This document shows positions 61,491 through 64,000 of a stretch of 64,000 nt of DNA, piece after piece. Where the stretch lies: the NCBI GenBank assembly GCA_030765605.1, contig JAVCCG010000133.1, forward strand, positions 12,086 to 76,085, written 5' to 3'. The DNA comes from Candidatus Alcyoniella australis (GTDB lineage: Bacteria > Lernaellota > Lernaellaia > JAVCCG01 > Alcyoniellaceae). Every line of letters begins with the position of its first letter. The first letter of the stretch is position 1. Made by a program: the position numbers and the translations under genes. The notes under the pieces are model-generated. The model did no database searches, was not told where the DNA came from, and saw only the letters and a list, made by a program, of their open reading frames with translations.

Positions 61491-61495
61491 CCTGG

Positions 61496-61819
61496 TTAGT
61501 CCAGGTGAAAGACCTCGGTCAGTTCGAGCATCCCCTGGTCCGGGTTGCGGCCGTCCAGCGCCTCGAAAAAGGGGGCCATGGTTTTTTGCCAGCGCGCGTT
61601 GATCTCTTCACTGGCCATGCCCTCCAGCGCTGATTGGAAGTCGCGCTGCGCCTCGAAGTAGCCGAACAGCAGCCCGTCGTCGTGCATGAACAGCGAGTAG
61701 TTGTGCCAGCCCTGACGGCTTAGCGCTTCGAGCATCTCGGGCCAGACCTGCTCGTGCTTTTGTTTGTACTCCGCGAGCATCTCCTGCCGAACTTTCAGAA
61801 TGAACCCAACCCGTTTCAT
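61496..61819 (-). CDS. L-rhamnose mutarotase family protein
   Basis: EYKQKHEQVWPEM, NYSLF, RWQKTM, EVFHLD. Confidence 0.88.
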   Translation of the reverse strand: MKRVGFILKVRQEMLAEYKQKHEQVWPEMLEALSRQGWHNYSLFMHDDGLLFGYFEAQRDFQSALEGMASEEINARWQKTMAPFFEALDGRNPDQGMLELTEVFHLD

Positions 61820-61839
61820 TGCTAAGCTCCTTGTGAGCG

Positions 61840-63222
61840 CTAATTAAAAAAGGCGATGGAGATTCCCTCTGAGCGCGAGGGCCAATTGCGCACGGCCAGG
61901 GGGCGACCGCTGAACTCGAAGTTCGTCGCGGCCTGCTGGTCGCCGGCCACACGCATGTCGAAAACGCGGATGAACGGCACCATGTCAAACGGGAATCCGG
62001 CCATTGTCAGGTCGCTGACGCCGTTGAAGTTGGAGTCGATGAATCCCACAACGATGGTCGAGGCCTGCGGATCACCGATGGGCGTGGCCGCGAGGTCCAA
62101 TCCGTTGACCAGCAGCGTGTCGCGGCCCGCGACCAGCGAGCGGTTGAGGTTGAGGTAGGCGACCAAGGCCAACTCGTCGTCAAAGGGGATCAGCCGGAAC
62201 ACGTACCCAAGGAAGCTCTCCGGTCCGGGGAATGAGCGGAAGTGGACCTTGTCGCTGGAACGCACGAACGGCTCGCGGTAGTAGTGCACCGGCGGCAACT
62301 CCGGGTCGGGGTCGATGTAGACGAACTCGTAATAGGCCTCGGGCTCGGCAATCAGCTCGCCCCAATATCCGTTGTCGTCGACCTGAAATACGGCCAGCGG
62401 CTGCTCGCTGTAACGCATCGCGTTCGCCGGATCGACCTGATAGACACGCAGTTCGATGCCCGCTTTGGGCAGGTTCTCGCCCAGGGTCAACACGCGACCC
62501 GCGAGGCGGATCGGGCTGTGCGGCTCGATTTGGGTGGTGCGCGGCTCACGGTCGTTGAAGAAGCGATAAATCTCGTCAAACGTCTGGGCCGAGGTCGCCA
62601 GTTGCAGATGATCCAGGCCAGGCAGAACCACATTTTGCGCACCCTCGATCTGGGTGACGCCGCCGATGATGTAGTCGTCGGGCGATGAGATGTTGAGCGT
62701 ATCGACCAGCGCGGGGAAGTCCTGGTAGGGGAGCGCGGCAAGGTTGGCGTAGTGTGCCACCAGCGCCGGATTGCCGGGCCGCGAGAGGAACTCGTGACAC
62801 AGGTAGCCGCCCATCGAGTGCCCCAGCAGGTCGATCTGCTGCGCGCCGCTACGTTGCATCACCTCGGCTACGAAGCCCTCGAGGCGCAGGGTTTCGTACT
62901 TCACATCGCCCAGGGTGTTCCAGTCGAAGCTGTGGATTTGCTCCGGGCAGTAGCCGTTGGTGGTCAGGCGCTGTGTCTGGGTGTGGAACGCGTCGCCGTT
63001 CTCGATTAATCCGTGGGCAAAGACGATGGGCAGCAGCGTATCGTCGCACTCGGGCTGACCGTCGTCGTCGCCATCGTCGTCGTTGCCGGAATCATCGTCG
63101 TCCTGCGGGTCCTGGTCGTCATCATCGTCGTTGGAATCGCAGGCTGTAAGCGCACAGCACAGCAGCACGAATATCAAAACGGCAAGCAGGGCTGCGGTCG
63201 GACTACGCATGATCTTCTCCAT
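61840..63222 (-). CDS. Lipoprotein lipase/alpha-beta hydrolase with a poly-Asp linker
   Basis: Lipobox LTAC, PIVFAHG, GHSMG, DHLQ; C-terminal HYYREPFVRS domain as in AFL-type lipases. Confidence 0.8.
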   Translation of the reverse strand: MEKIMRSPTAALLAVLIFVLLCCALTACDSNDDDDDQDPQDDDDSGNDDDGDDDGQPECDDTLLPIVFAHGLIENGDAFHTQTQRLTTNGYCPEQIHSFDWNTLGDVKYETLRLEGFVAEVMQRSGAQQIDLLGHSMGGYLCHEFLSRPGNPALVAHYANLAALPYQDFPALVDTLNISSPDDYIIGGVTQIEGAQNVVLPGLDHLQLATSAQTFDEIYRFFNDREPRTTQIEPHSPIRLAGRVLTLGENLPKAGIELRVYQVDPANAMRYSEQPLAVFQVDDNGYWGELIAEPEAYYEFVYIDPDPELPPVHYYREPFVRSSDKVHFRSFPGPESFLGYVFRLIPFDDELALVAYLNLNRSLVAGRDTLLVNGLDLAATPIGDPQASTIVVGFIDSNFNGVSDLTMAGFPFDMVPFIRVFDMRVAGDQQAATNFEFSGRPLAVRNWPSRSEGISIAFFN

Positions 63223-63232
63223 TGCCGATTGC

Positions 63233-63745
63233 TCAGTCGAGCAGGTAGACCTCCACGCGATATTTGAGATGCTGCCCCTTGTGCTTATCGGCGTTCATCG
63301 GCCTGCCGTGTACGAACAGCAGGGTGCTCGGCGGAAAGCCTCCCTCGGGAGCGACGTCGAGTACGAGCGGGCCTTTTTTCGATACGATCCTTTCGCCGTA
63401 GACCTTGCCGCGATGGGGGCAAAATCCGCTGCCCACGCTCAGCTCGATCTCCCAGGGCTCGCCCTGGTCCGGCTGCTCCCAGTTGATCACGGCGATCACG
63501 CGGCCAAAGCCGTCGGCGTCGCTGTTCCAATGGTGCTTAATGTCGATCTCTTGGCTGCCGTCGTAATCCGCGGCGATCAGGAAGGACCCCGAGCCGCCCT
63601 CTTCGAGCACGACCGGATCGAGCCCGGCGATCAGCGCCGCCACATCGGCCACGCTGGACGCTTCGTCATTCTGTTCCGCAGCGGCCGCGCTTGCGCACAG
63701 CGCAAAGACCATCAGGATCGACAGCAGGGTTCGGACGGATCTCAT
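63233..63745 (-). CDS. Secreted hypothetical protein
   Basis: AAGGAG RBS before MRSVRT; signal peptide ending ASAAAA. Confidence 0.6.
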   Translation of the reverse strand: MRSVRTLLSILMVFALCASAAAAEQNDEASSVADVAALIAGLDPVVLEEGGSGSFLIAADYDGSQEIDIKHHWNSDADGFGRVIAVINWEQPDQGEPWEIELSVGSGFCPHRGKVYGERIVSKKGPLVLDVAPEGGFPPSTLLFVHGRPMNADKHKGQHLKYRVEVYLLD

Positions 63746-63874
63746 CGGAGTCTCCTTAACTTGTAAAGCAATAATCTGCCATCGACCCCCAGCCCGGTCA
63801 ATCCGGCGCATTGCCACGGGCTCGTTCAGCTGATAAGAATCGTATCCTTTCCGTCCTTCCCGGGGGTAATTGCC

Positions 63875-64000
63875 ATGAGAGTTCCTCGTCTAAAAACGGC
63901 GCTCGCCGCGGCGCTGCTGTGCAGCGTATTGTTTGCATCGCTTGCCGCGTCGGCCCAATCGCCCACGCTGCTGGACCAGCGCAAGGCAGCCGATGCGCTC
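63875..64000 (+). CDS. 5' end of an exported protein, truncated by the window edge
   Basis: MRVPRLKTALAAALLCSVLFASLAASAQ signal peptide, open to the window end. Confidence 0.55.
   Translation, partial: MRVPRLKTALAAALLCSVLFASLAASAQSPTLLDQRKAADAL

Overview
High-GC bacterial chromosome segment from a diderm, probably anaerobic, deltaproteobacteria-like organism. This is inferred from the gene content; the poly-Asp lipoproteins recall uncultured Lernaellota-type genomes, but that assignment is unverified. Core genes are plsC-lptG-lptF, ftsK-lolA-yajQ, tRNA-Lys(CTT), rnfABCDGE, alr-mlaEFD, gpsA, a P1B heavy-metal ATPase and a selenocysteine-encoding selD with an in-frame TGA. Accessory lower-GC modules are a Septu-like ATPase+HNH pair, two toxin-antitoxin pairs and a GIY-YIG/RAMA-like nuclease. 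Notable observations: (1) two perfect parS palindromes exactly 100 bp apart, embedded in a DnaA-box cluster; (2) two dispersed palindromic repeat families. Family A has co-varying terminal arms and TA flanks, and one copy has inserted into a peptidase gene and supplies a new in-frame ATG. Family B copies flank the rnf operon in inverted orientation; (3) an operon in which a CDF metal-transporter domain is fused to HflK, followed by hflC and a second hflK; (4) a FadL + Ig-like lipoprotein + START-like + acyl-CoA ligase cluster resembling aupAB; (5) exported proteins with poly-Asp linkers next to either an N-terminal lipobox Cys or an extreme C-terminal Cys motif, suggesting a possible C-terminal anchoring signal; (6) frequent leaderless promoter architecture. 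No CRISPR array, rRNA or transposase gene was seen. All family assignments are from motif recognition; no searches were run.
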